A DNA stretch of 64,000 bases from Microcoleus sp. (GTDB lineage: Bacteria; Cyanobacteriota; Cyanobacteriia; Cyanobacteriales; Microcoleaceae): NCBI GenBank assembly GCA_042408215.1, contig JAYFMW010000020.1, forward strand, positions 608,001 to 672,000. Direction: 5' to 3'. The notes beneath the pieces are model-generated. The model was not told the origin of the DNA. It searched no databases and was given only the letters and a program-made list of their open reading frames with translations. Below, piece after piece: positions 10,635 to 22,171 of the stretch (its first letter is position 1; each line of letters starts with the position of its first letter). A program made the position numbers and the translations under genes.

Positions 10635-13600
10635 ATGAACAAGCAAATTCTTTTCGTAGACTCCTCAGTACAAGACTATCAAAGCCTAATTGACGGCATC
10701 GATCGCGCTCAAATTTTCATTTAAAATGAAAATTTGAGCGCGATCGATCAAATTACTCAAGCCTTAGCCAATCAAAAAGATATTGAAGCTATACACATCC
10801 TTTCGCACGGCAGCGATGGCAGTTTAAAACTCGGTGCTGACGTACTCAATGGAAATAACCTAGAACATTTCAGCAGTCAGATCAAACAGTGGAGAAATGC
10901 GCTGAGTGAGAAAGCAGATATCCTCCTTTATGCCTGCAACTTAGCCAGAGGTCAGATGGGGCAAGCCTTTGTGCAACGCCTGAGTCAACTCACAAATGCC
11001 AACATCGCCGCCGCCACCAACTTGACAGGCAGTGCAGCTTTAGGCGGAGACTGGAAACTAAATTTCAGAACCGGAAAAATAGCTGCCTCCTTAGCATTTT
11101 CCCCCGCTGCGATCGCAGCTTACAGCCATGTTTTACCATCTAATGACAATTTTGTTGATGCCATTGTCGTGCCAGGCACCACCTACACTGCTTTATCCAC
11201 AAATGTGGGAACAACTGGGCAGGTGGGAGAGCCAAATTATGCGACTGCCTCTAGCACTCTCAACTCTGTTTGGTGGTCGTGGACTGCCCCAGCCTCCGGC
11301 AATACGAGCATCAATACCTTTGGTTCTTTCTTTGACACCACATTAGCAGTCTACACAGGCACTGCTGTCAACAGCTTAACCGTTGTCGCCAGCAACGACG
11401 ACTTATCGGGCTTCGGTTCCGGCCCAAGTGGCGTCACCTTTGCAGCTACGACTGGCACCACCTACCGAATTGCAGTTGATGGGTTTTCTGCAAACACTGG
11501 CACAATTCAATTCAACCTCGACCAAGTTCCCACCCCCACCAATGACAATTTTGCCAGTGCCATTGCCCTCACAGGAACCAGTGCCACAGCTTTATCCACA
11601 AATGTAGGTACAACTGGGGAGGTGGGAGAGACAAATCATGCGGCTGCATCAGGCACTCTCAACTCCCTTTGGTGGTCGTGGACAGCACCCTCTTCTGGGA
11701 CGTTTGCTGTTGATACTGTTGGCAGTCAATTTAACACCACATTAGGAGTCTACACAGGCACAGCAGTCAACAGCTTAACCGCTGTCGCCAGTAATGATGA
11801 CATCCCTGGGACTAAGTTCAGTGGTGTCACCTTTACAGCAGTTGCCGGAACTACTTACCAAATTGCCGTTGATGGGAATGCGGCAACTACGGGTAATGCT
11901 CAACTCAACCTCAACCAAGTCCCCACCCCCACCAATGATAATTTTGCCAATGCTATTGCTCTGACAGGAACAACTAGCACCAGCTTTGCCACAAATGTAG
12001 GGGCAACTGGGGAAACCGGAGAGGGAAATCATGCTGCTGCATCAGCCACTCTCAACTCCCTTTGGTGGTCGTGGACAGCGCCCTCTTCTGGGTTTACGTC
12101 GTTTAATACCCTTGGCAGTCAATTTAACACGACATTAGCAGTCTACACAGGCACAGCAGTCAACAGCTTAACTGCTGTCGCCAGTAACGATAACATCATC
12201 GCCTTTCAGCAAAGTGGTGTCAGCTTTACAGCAGTTGCCGGTACTACTTACCAAATTGCCGTTGATGGGACTGTGGCAAATACGGGTACTGTTCAACTCA
12301 ACTTGGTCTCCGACCCTCCTCCCACCGTTACCAGTATCACTTCCACTACAACTAATGGCATTTACGGCATCGGTCAAGTCATCCCCATCACCGTTCAGTT
12401 CAGCGAACTCGTCACTGTTACGGGCATTCCCCAACTTACTTTAAACTCAGGTGCTACCGCCAACTACACCAGCGGTAGCGGCAGCAACACGCTAACATTC
12501 AACTACACTGTCGCAGCGGGACAAACATCTGCCGATCTCGACTACACTGCTACTACAGCTTTGAGTTTAAACGGCGGCAGTATCTCTGATGCCTTAAATA
12601 ATGCTGTTTTAACGCTATCTGCACCCGGAGCAACTAACTCATTAGGTAATAACAAAGCTTTAGTAATTGATACTACAGTACCTACAGTTGCCTTAACCTC
12701 GACATCCCCAACCACCACAAACGCACCATTTTTAGTCACAGCAACCTTCAGCGAAACCGTCACAGGATTTATCGACACCGACGTGACTGTTGCTAACGGT
12801 ACTGTGAGCGGATTTACAGGTAGTGGCACAACTTATACTTTCACAGTCACACCAACTGCTGATGGTAATGTCACAGTTGATATCCCCGCAGCTACAGCCA
12901 CTAACACCGTTGGTAATAGCAATACCGCAGCCACTCAATTAACTCGGACTGCTGATATCACCGTACCTACAGTTGCCTTAACCTCGACATCCCCAACCAC
13001 CACAAACGCACCATTTTTAGTCACAGCAACCTTCAGCGAAACCGTCACAGGATTTATCGACACCGACGTTAATCTAACTAACGGTACAATTAGCGATTTT
13101 ACAGGTAGCGGTACAACTTATAATTTCACAGTTACACCAACTGCTGATGGTAATGTCACCGTAGATATCCCCGCATCATCTGCCACAGATACCGCTGGTA
13201 ACAACAATACCGCAGCCACTCAATTAACTCGCACTGCTGATATTATCTCACCAACAGTAGCCCTAACATCAACTTCCCCAACCACCACAAACGCACCATT
13301 TTTAGTAACAGCAACCTTCAGCGAAACCGTCACAGGATTTATCGACACCGACGTGACTGTTGCTAACGGTACTGTGAGCGGTTTTACAGGTAGTGGCACA
13401 ACTTATACTTTCACAGTCACACCAACTGCTGATGGTAATGTCACCGTAGATATCCCCGCATCATCTGCCACAGATACAGCAGGTAACAACAATACCGCAG
13501 CCACTCAATTAACTCGCACTGCTGATATCACCGCCCCCACTGTCACTTTAGCATCAACTTCCGCAACCACAGTAACTGGTTTATTTAGCGCCACTGCTAC

Positions 13601-16242
13601 CTTTACTGAAGATGTCATCGGCTTTGATACTACTGATATCACCGTCGCCAATGCTACTACGAGTAACTTGGTCGCAGTTGATGCGAAAACTTACACTTTT
13701 GATGTGACTCCGACTGCGGATGGAAATGTCACTGTTGATATTCCGGCGACGAAAGCTACGGATACTGTTGGTAATAATAATACTGCTGCTACTCAGTTAA
13801 CTCGCACTGCTGATATTACCGCACCGACTGTTACTTTAGCATCAACTTCACCAACCACAGTTAACGGTTTATTTAGCGTCACTGCTACCTTTACTGAAGA
13901 TGTCACGGGTTTTGATACTACTGATATCACCGTCGCCAATGCTACTGTTGGTAACTTTACCACAGTAGATGCGAAAACCTACACTTTTGATGTGACTCCC
14001 ACTGCGGATGGAAATGTCACAGTTGATGTACTTGCGGCTAAAGCTACGGATACTGTTGGTAATAATAATACCGCAGCAACTCAACTAACTCGCACAGCTA
14101 ATGTCACCGTACCAATTGTTGATGTTACCGCACCAACTGTTACTTTAACATCCACTTCCACACCAACAGTTAACGGTTTATTTAGCGTTACTGCTACCTT
14201 TACTGAAGATGTCATCGGCTTTGATACTACTGATATTACCGTCGCCAATGCTACTACGAGTAACTTTGTTAAAGTAGACGCCAAAACCTACACTTTTGAT
14301 GTGACTCCCACTGCGGATGGAAATGTCACAGTGGATATTCCGGCGGCTCAAGCTACAGATACTGCGGGTAATAATAATACCGCAGCAACTCAACTAACTC
14401 GCACAGCTAATGTCACCGTACCAATTGTTGATGTTACCGCACCAACTGTTACTTTAACATCCACTTCCACACCAACAGTTAACGGTTTATTTAGCGTTAC
14501 TGCTACCTTTACTGAAGATGTCATCGGCTTTGATACTACTGATATCACCGTCGCCAATGCAACTGTTGGTAACTTTGTCGCAGTAGATGCAAAAACCTAC
14601 ACTTTTGATGTGACTCCCACTGCGGATGGAAATGTCACTGTTGATGTACTTGCGGCTCAAGCTACAGATACTGCGGGTAATAATAATACCGCAGCAACTC
14701 AACTAACTCGCACAGCTAATGTCACCGTACCAATTGTTGATGTTACCGCACCAACTGTTACTTTAACATCCACTTCCACACCAACAGTTAACGGTTTATT
14801 TAGCGTCACTGCTACCTTTACTGAAGATGTCATCGGCTTTGATACTACTGATATTACCGTCGCCAATGCTACTACGAGTAACTTTGTTAAAGTAGATGCA
14901 AAAACCTACACTTTTGATGTGACTCCCACTGCGGATGGAAATGTCACAGTTGATGTACTTGCGGCTAAAGCTACGGATACTGTTGGTAATAATAATACTG
15001 CTGCTACTCAGTTAACTCGCACTGCTGATATCACCGCACCAATTGTAGATGCTACCGCACCAACTGCTAACTTTGGTGCAATTTCTAACATTACTACAGC
15101 AGGAGGAACCAGTCAAAGTTTGACTGTGACTTTCAGCGATAGTAATGCTGTTGATGTTTCCAGTTTGGATAATTCTGATGTTTTGATAAATTGGTCTGGC
15201 GGTGATATTCCTGCAAAATTTGTCAGTGTCGATACTAATAGTAATGGTACGCCGCGTACAGCAACTTATTCGTTTATTCCTCCTGGTGGAAGTTGGGATG
15301 ATACTGACAATGGAACTTACACTGTCAAGTTACAAGGAAGTCAGGTTAAAGATGCACTTGGCAATTTTAATGCTGCTACCAGTTTAGGGACTTTTAACGT
15401 TAATGTTGCGGTTCCGGTTCCGACACCAACTCCATCGGTAACACCAACTCCATCGGTAACACCGCAACCGATACCAATTCCATTGGTAACACCGACACCA
15501 ACACCATCGGTAACACCAACACCAACACCCACAGCGATCGCAATTAACACACCACCAGTCGGTACTATCGATCGCGGTGAACCAACTAATTTCCCACAAA
15601 ATCAAGTGGTAGATAACCAATATCTACTGAGTGATAATGATGACACCAGTATCCCACAATCAGCATTTGGTAAACCTATATTCGGGTTATCAGGTAATGA
15701 TAAGTTGACCGGAAGTGCCGAGAATGACATCATCTATGGTAACGAAGGCGCTGATACCATTGATGGCGGTGATGGTAACGATCAATTGTTTGGGGGGAAA
15801 AAATCGGATCAATTGTCTGGTGGTAATGGGAATGACTTCTTGAGTGCAAATAATGACAATGATACTCTCACGGGTGGCGATGGGTAACGATCTCTTACGC
15901 GGGGGTAAGGAAAATGATGTTTTGATAGGTGGGAATGGGGATGATGAATTGTGGGGCGATCGAGGTTTCGATGTGCTCACAGGTGGTGCGGGTAATGATA
16001 CCTTTGTATTACAATATACCGCTACTAACTCATCTCAAGCTGATGCGATCGCTGACTTCACTTCCGATGATAAAATCAAGTTGATTGGTGTTACTTTCAG
16101 TCAACTAACTTTTGAGTCAGTTAATGTCATCTTAGATGGTGCAACTGCTGTAGCTTCAACGGCGATTAAGTCTGGGAATAACTACTTGGGAGTGGTTTAT
16201 AATGTGAATCAAACTGCTCTTAATAGTGGCTCTTTCTTGTAA
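10635..16242 (+). pseudogene. Giant DUF4347 / three NDNF-type beta repeats / 8 Ig-like repeats / Pro-Thr linker / RTX Ca-binding surface protein with two lesions
   Basis: MNKQILFVDSSVQDYQSL and IHILSHGS...LLYACNLA (DUF4347); in-frame TAA at 10722-10724; +1 G at about 15882-15884 splits GGxGxD nonapeptide repeats between ORFs ending at 15887 and 16242. Confidence 0.85.
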
Positions 16243-16278
16243 GATTGTTGGGGAAGACACTATACTCGATAAATGCCC

Positions 16279-16531
16279 GTAGGGACACTCCAAGATCCCA
16301 TTGGTGTCAACTTAACGTTAAACCCAGTCACAGATTGCTGTTTGACTATTAAATCTAGATCCCCCCGCATTCTTGCCCCCTACTCCCCCTTAAGAAGGGG
16401 GGGACAGGAGTCTTTTCAAAGTCCCCCTTCTTAAGGGGGATTTAGGGGGATCTAGACTTAGCGTAAAACCCAGATTTATCAGGGGTTTCAGCCTGGTTGT
16501 TGACACCAATGTCCAAGAGCCGTCTCCCTAC
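16279..16531. mobile_element. MITE-like element (TIR CATTGGTGTCAAC, 16299-16511) nested in a GTAGGGAC...CCCTAC palindrome
   Basis: Terminal inverted repeats visible; internal CCCCTTAAGAAGGGG hairpins; related copies at 21823-22061, about 36700-36865 (partial) and 52445-52741. Confidence 0.75.
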
Positions 16532-16614
16532 TGCACTTCATAAACCTGGGATACGCTGTAAGAGCACTACAAATGCTCCGGGCTAATACCAATAGTCCTG
16601 GACGCATGGGGCCC

Positions 16615-16768
16615 CAGAAACCGGGTTTTTTACGAAAATACTGCGTTGCAGATCGCAGATTCGGTAAAAAACCCGGTTTCTGGCTACCCACCCAAAATCT
16701 AAGAAACCGGGTTTTTTCCGAAATCTTGGAGTTGTCACCAAGTCTGTGGCAAAAACCCGGTTTCTGGG
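16615..16768. repeat. Two units of the AGAAACCGGGTTTTT...AAAAACCCGGTTTCT inverted-repeat family
   Basis: Same family at about 9232-9297, 23121-23185 and 31002-31086. Confidence 0.8.
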
Positions 16769-16773
16769 CACTA

Positions 16774-17733
16774 TCAAACAGCCTTAGCCCACTCTATCCA
16801 TGTTTCCATCGGGCGGAAACCTACTGATTTGTAAAGCTTTGTTGCACCTGTCAAACTGTCAGCATCGACGCTGAGTTTAGCTATATTAGCACCGGCTGCT
16901 TTTAATCGGTGCAAGCCCGCTAGTAGCATGGCTTTTCCTAATCCCATTTTCCGAAAGTCGCGCCGCGTACCCAATAATTCAATCCAGCCGTCTTTTGTGC
17001 CGCTGCTGGGGTTTTTTTGGGGTTTGATTTGACAGTCGCAGAAAGCAGCAAATTTGCGATCGCCCGAAATAGCAATCAAGTCTAATTCTGGCTGATAATT
17101 CGGATCTTGCATCCAATAACGCACGGTTTCCGCAGTTAAATCGTGGTGATTCCAGTGATCGATAAATGACTGGTTAAACATCTCTACCCACGGTTGGATG
17201 TCTTTTTCTCCCGATACGTGGGTTAATGCAAAGTCTGCGGGGAATTCGGGTGTAGGAATGGGATCGGCGAGGGATCGGGCCATTGTTAAAAAGTAGCGAT
17301 CGACTACAAAGCCCTGTTTTTCCAATAACATGATTTCATTGGTTTTGTCATCGCGGCTGTAGGTACGCAATTTTGCTGGCAAATTCCGTTCTTTTCCTAC
17401 TTCATGCAGCCGCTGTTCTCCCCACTTAATTATGTCTTTTTCTAAACCTTCGCCCCGTACATTTGGATGCAGGTAAAACCAGAGACAAGCGTCTATTTCA
17501 TCCAGCGAATCGGGCATATCTAACAACGCCAAACCGATCAGTTTGTAGTTCCCATCTTCCCATAATTGCACGTCGCGGGCTTGGTCGAGTTTGGGTGCAT
17601 CAAGTATTAGCTTAAGTTCGGTTGCTGAGACTTCTTCGCCGAGGCGATCGACTGTTTCGCAAGCGTCGATTAAATTTGCGATCGCGCACCAGTCAGTTTC
17701 GCCCCTGTAGGAGCGCATTTTCAAGGTAGTCAT
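16774..17733 (-). CDS. Tandem-domain GNAT N-acetyltransferase
   Basis: Two acetyl-CoA-binding motifs, LHPNVRGEGL and LGTRRDFRKMGLG, plus ATKLYKSVGF. Confidence 0.88.
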   Translation of the reverse strand: MTTLKMRSYRGETDWCAIANLIDACETVDRLGEEVSATELKLILDAPKLDQARDVQLWEDGNYKLIGLALLDMPDSLDEIDACLWFYLHPNVRGEGLEKDIIKWGEQRLHEVGKERNLPAKLRTYSRDDKTNEIMLLEKQGFVVDRYFLTMARSLADPIPTPEFPADFALTHVSGEKDIQPWVEMFNQSFIDHWNHHDLTAETVRYWMQDPNYQPELDLIAISGDRKFAAFCDCQIKPQKNPSSGTKDGWIELLGTRRDFRKMGLGKAMLLAGLHRLKAAGANIAKLSVDADSLTGATKLYKSVGFRPMETWIEWAKAV

Positions 17734-18401
17734 AAAAAACTTGCAATCCGTAATTTCGGATTGTTCCTATTAGTGGATGTTGTCAAACGAGTACAGTAAT
17801 TCGGACATTTTTTAGAAATGCCAGTAACAGGCAAGATGCCTGTTCCACAAGACATAGATATTCTTGTGGCGCGGGTTTGTGTGTCCGCACCTAAACCGCT
17901 TTTAGTAGGGGAACGGCATTGCCGTGTCCTTTGAGAATGGTGTCGATAAAACTCCGAAACCTGTTTATATCACCCAGGCTTTCAGGTTTTATCTCATAGC
18001 GCAATCATAAAAATTAGTTTGCCCTTTTGGGCTAGTTTTGTATGTGAGTTTATGTCTGGATGTCGATGAGCGGCGCTCTCTTTCGTTACCAAGCCTGGTG
18101 CTTGAGTAACTATCGTTTGAATAAAGTTGCTTAAGCTAAGTAAAGAAGTTGTCACCCCCACTGGGTCGTTGATTTTTACTTTGGCTATCTATTTCAAGTA
18201 TAGCTGCTGCGGGTTTTTTTGGCAAGTTTGAGATGAAGCGAATCTTGCTAGTATTAATGACGGGGGAATTTATCCTAACGTTAAACTAACGTTAAACTAA
18301 ATTTTGTGATGAGAATAACAACCTTTTTGGCGGTTGGGATATTCTCGATCGCCGAAACCCTCTTCCTTCTTCCTTCTTCCTTCCTTCCCTATGAGGTAAA
18401 G

Positions 18402-19886
18402 ATGCTCGACAACCTGGATTTAGATATTTCCATCGATAAAGAAACCTACGATGCCAAGATAGAAGTTTTAATGCAGCAGTTGCGATCGCTCCAACTGGCT
18501 TGCTGGGAAAAAAAATTGCCTGTAATCATTGTCCTGGAAGGTTGGGCGGCCGCCGGCAAAGGTGCCCTGGTCAAACAAATGGTAGGGTACATGGACCCGC
18601 GGGGGTTTGCGGTACACCCGATTTGGCCGCCGTCAGCCGAGGAAATGGGCTATCCTTTCCTGTGGCGGTTTTGGCAGAAATTGCCCGATCGCGGTCGCAT
18701 TGGTTTTTTCTACCACAGTTGGTACACCCATATTTTAGAAGACCGATTGTTCGATCGACTGTCCGAGGCTCAAGTACCGACAGTCATCAGACAAATCAAC
18801 TCCTTCGAGCGCCAGATGGTAGATGACGGCGCAGCAATTGCCAAATTTTGGATTCACCTGAGCAAAAAAGAACTCAAGCACCGGCTCAAAAAACTAGAAG
18901 CCGACAGCTTACAAGCTTGGCGAGTGCGGCCCGAAGACTGGAAACAAGCCAAAAAATACGCAGAATACAAAACTTTTGCCGAAGAAATGGTTACCCAAAC
19001 CGGCACTGGGCCGGCACCCTGGACATTAGTAGAAGGCGACTGTCAACGTTGGGCGAGAGTCAAAGTTTTAACACAAATGGCGGCCACAATTACAGAAGCC
19101 TTAGACAGACGAACGATGCAATCAGCACCGATACAATTGCCGCATCAAGAACACTTACAACCTACTGAACCAGACTTGCTCGCCCAAGTGGATTTAACTG
19201 CATCCCTGTCCCCAGAGGAGTACAAACAACAACTTCGCCAAGAACAAACCCGTTTTAGCAAACTGCAACAGAGCATCTACGAACACCAAATGCCCGTGTT
19301 AGTGTTGTTTGAAGGCTGGGACGCCGCCGGCAAAGGAGGAGCCATCAAACGCTTGACGGACATCCTAGACCCCCGCAGTTACGCAGTTAATGCCTTTGCA
19401 GTTCCCACAGACGAAGAAAAAGCCCATCAATACCTGTGGCGATTCTGGCGGAAGTTGCCGACTGCGGGCAAAATTAGCATTTGCGATCGGAGTTGGTATG
19501 GTAGAGTGCTAGTCGAGCGAGTCGAAGGATTTGCCACCGAACTCGAATGGCGCCGAGCTTACCAAGAAATCAACGAATTTGAGGAGCAACTCACCAGTGC
19601 GGGTTGCATCTTAGTTAAATTCTGGCTTCACATCAGCCCCGACGAGCAACTAAAGCGATTTACAGAGCGGCAAAATAATTCATTTAAACAATACAAACTC
19701 ACCGAGGAAGATTGGCGGAATCGCCAAAAGTGGAATTTTTATGAGGTGGCGGTGAATCAAATGATTCAGCGAACCAGTACGCCCACTGCTCCTTGGACAC
19801 CAATTGCGGCCGATAACAAGTATTATGCTCGTGTTAAAGTAATTCAAACGGTAACGCAGGCAATTCGGAATCAACTGAAACGCTGA
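18402..19886 (+). CDS. pap: Polyphosphate:AMP phosphotransferase (two-domain PPK2)
   Basis: Two PPK2 domains (EGWAAAGKG, EGWDAAGKGG, DRSWYGRVLVERVEG). Start at MLDNLDL after GAGG; the longer GTG start runs through a CTTC repeat. Confidence 0.9.
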   Translation: MLDNLDLDISIDKETYDAKIEVLMQQLRSLQLACWEKKLPVIIVLEGWAAAGKGALVKQMVGYMDPRGFAVHPIWPPSAEEMGYPFLWRFWQKLPDRGRIGFFYHSWYTHILEDRLFDRLSEAQVPTVIRQINSFERQMVDDGAAIAKFWIHLSKKELKHRLKKLEADSLQAWRVRPEDWKQAKKYAEYKTFAEEMVTQTGTGPAPWTLVEGDCQRWARVKVLTQMAATITEALDRRTMQSAPIQLPHQEHLQPTEPDLLAQVDLTASLSPEEYKQQLRQEQTRFSKLQQSIYEHQMPVLVLFEGWDAAGKGGAIKRLTDILDPRSYAVNAFAVPTDEEKAHQYLWRFWRKLPTAGKISICDRSWYGRVLVERVEGFATELEWRRAYQEINEFEEQLTSAGCILVKFWLHISPDEQLKRFTERQNNSFKQYKLTEEDWRNRQKWNFYEVAVNQMIQRTSTPTAPWTPIAADNKYYARVKVIQTVTQAIRNQLKR

Positions 19887-20055
19887 TCGATTGGCAGCGG
19901 TGAATCGGTAACAGGTAATGGCAAAAAATAGCAGGCAGCAGGAATCAGGCACGATTGTCAATTCCACCAGCCTGCGATCGACCCATTACCAATTACCAAT
20001 AAACCATTACCAGTTATCAATTACCCAGTAACTTAAATACAGACAATATTGCAAG

Positions 20056-21048
20056 ATGTTTGTACTACTAGCTCGAATTCTATTTCTATTCCTGTTGTTC
20101 TCATTAGTCAAATCTTGGTGGGATCAGTCAGGAGGCAAAGACAATCCATTATTAGACCGGCTGCGCGTCTTATTGCTGATCAGCCTTCTGCTGCTCGCTT
20201 TTTTTGCCCCAGACACGCCGGTCGGAGCAGCGATTTTCAGCTTAGTGGCTTTCTTCTTTAAGCCGCTGGGTTTTTCGATTACATTGCTGGTGATTGCATC
20301 GGCGCTGATCACAAACGGGGGCATCCGCAACCCGGCACCGAAATTAATCCTGGCCGCGCTCCTAGTTTTGATCCTTTCGAGTATGCCAGTTGTGGCTTTG
20401 TGGTTCGCAGACCAAGCAGAACGGGAATCCGCAGCCGCTGTCAGCACAAATTGTTGCGATGAAACTGCTGCGGCGATCGTCCTGTTGGGTAAGGGCACAA
20501 CTCAGGCTCACATCCCCAACCGGGTGGCGATTCAACTGACAGATACAGGTAATCGCTTGCCCTATGCTGCTGTTCTTTACAAAAAACAACTAGCACCTTT
20601 GGTGATTGTGACGGCTGGGCCCAGACCGGAGCTAGAGGGTTATGTTGGCGAAGCTAAGGATATCCAGACTTTGCTAGCCAGCAACATGGGTGTGCCCCGC
20701 AGCAGCATCATTCTCGACGAGAACGGCAGGAACATACGCACCAGCGCCCAGGAAGTGAGAAAGATCTTGGATAGCCGTGGCGTGGAACGCAAGGTACTCC
20801 TTGTTACTTCTGCGATTCAGATGCGCCGCGCTAGCCTAGCTTTTGCTGATGTGGGAATCCAGGTGGTTCCTAGAGCTACCGACTTCTACACTTTTCAACC
20901 CACCGCAGGAGGGAAGTCCAGGCTGCGTATAGATGTGGCAGATTTTCTGCCCAGTGCAGAAGCTTTGGTAACTACGACGCGAGTATTTGATGAATATTTC
21001 GGGTCTTTTTATTACTTTTTGCGTGGCTGGCTGGCTCCGAGCGCCTAA
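20056..21048 (+). CDS. YdcF/DUF218 family membrane protein
   Basis: N-terminal TMs, AIVLLG, LLVTSAIQMRRA, DFLPSAEAL. Confidence 0.85.
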   Translation: MFVLLARILFLFLLFSLVKSWWDQSGGKDNPLLDRLRVLLLISLLLLAFFAPDTPVGAAIFSLVAFFFKPLGFSITLLVIASALITNGGIRNPAPKLILAALLVLILSSMPVVALWFADQAERESAAAVSTNCCDETAAAIVLLGKGTTQAHIPNRVAIQLTDTGNRLPYAAVLYKKQLAPLVIVTAGPRPELEGYVGEAKDIQTLLASNMGVPRSSIILDENGRNIRTSAQEVRKILDSRGVERKVLLVTSAIQMRRASLAFADVGIQVVPRATDFYTFQPTAGGKSRLRIDVADFLPSAEALVTTTRVFDEYFGSFYYFLRGWLAPSA

Positions 21049-21056
21049 AATCGCGT

Positions 21057-21407
21057 CTAACGGTGACTGAGCGCAGTCGAAGTGTTGTTGGCCAACAGTG
21101 ACTGCTCCCCAGATTGGTTTAACATCTGACTAGAAGGAGACCTTTGTGGGGAGCTATATTTTCTCATGCCGATCGGATCGCCGGCTGCTAAGTTGGCAAC
21201 CAATAAAAACAGCACCCAAAAGATATTGGTTTCCCAGGCTGGGGCTGCTTTTTTCGGTGGTTCTGGGGTTGTGACTGACTCGACGTTAATTTTGATGTCT
21301 AGTTTGCCTTCAATCTCTTTGCCTTTGAGAACTCCGTCTTTGCACACGCCCTTAAACGTCATCGGAGCGGGTTTTGTGGCTTCTGGTTTTGCTGCTTCGT
21401 CTGCCAT
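21057..21407 (-). CDS. Hypothetical protein with one TM segment
   Basis: ATG with AGGA RBS; hydrophobic IFWVLFLLVANL. Confidence 0.55.
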   Translation of the reverse strand: MADEAAKPEATKPAPMTFKGVCKDGVLKGKEIEGKLDIKINVESVTTPEPPKKAAPAWETNIFWVLFLLVANLAAGDPIGMRKYSSPQRSPSSQMLNQSGEQSLLANNTSTALSHR

Positions 21408-21822
21408 TTTTGTGTCCTGGTTTTGGTAGATTCGGTTGGATAGTAAATTCTCAGAGGTTCGGGGGGTTTTCGGGAAAGGATTACGAATTACTCTGAGAGA
21501 ATTAAGTTCAACAAGTACCCCTAACCCTTGCTGGGTATTGAAAATGACAACCTGAAGGCATTTCCAGCTAGTGCTGGTTGTTGTCGGTTGACAACTTTGC
21601 TTTGAAGCTGCTACTTATATATCGGGAGCAAGGGCTGGTTTTTATGCAAAATACGGGGTTTTTATACAAAAATTTATTTAACTGGTTCCCAGGCTCTTGC
21701 GGGAAGTAGAAATTCGAGGCTCTTCCTCCCGATCGCCGTTACCAGGCTCTGACTGGAAGTACAACGAGTAGATACAGCAGATTGCCGGTTTATGAAGTAC
21801 ACCCGCCTATCGATCAATCCCC

Positions 21823-22061
21823 GTAGGGACACTCCCAGATCCCAAGGAGTGTCAACAACCAGCTCAAACCCAGTCACAGATGGCTGTTTGACCATTAAGC
21901 CTAGATCCCCCCTAGCCCCCCTTAAGAAGGGGGGAACCGGAAATGGATCAAAGTCCCCCTTCTTAAGGGGGATTTAGGGGGATCTAGACTTGGCTATGAA
22001 CGAGAGATACCAAGGCTTTCAGGCTTAAGTTGACACTAATGGGCAAAGCCTAAGTCCCTAC
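21823..22061. mobile_element. Nested REP/MITE-like element (copy 2)
   Basis: GTAGGGAC...AGTGTCAAC...GTTGACACT...GTCCCTAC with internal CCCCCTTAAGAAGGGGG hairpins. Confidence 0.75.
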
Positions 22062-22171
22062 TGACTGGAAGTAGAACGAGTAGATATAGATCTCGATCGC
22101 GCGATCGCACTTTTGCCTTCTTCCTTCTTTCTTCTTCCTTCTTCCTTCTTCCTTCTTCCTTCGGCGATACT

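Noticed and set aside
16488..16827. Short ORFs over repeats (also 21674..22242 and 39936..40175)
   Set aside because: Peptides such as KKPGF, PLKKGG and poly-Pro/Ser derive directly from dispersed repeat or low-complexity DNA.
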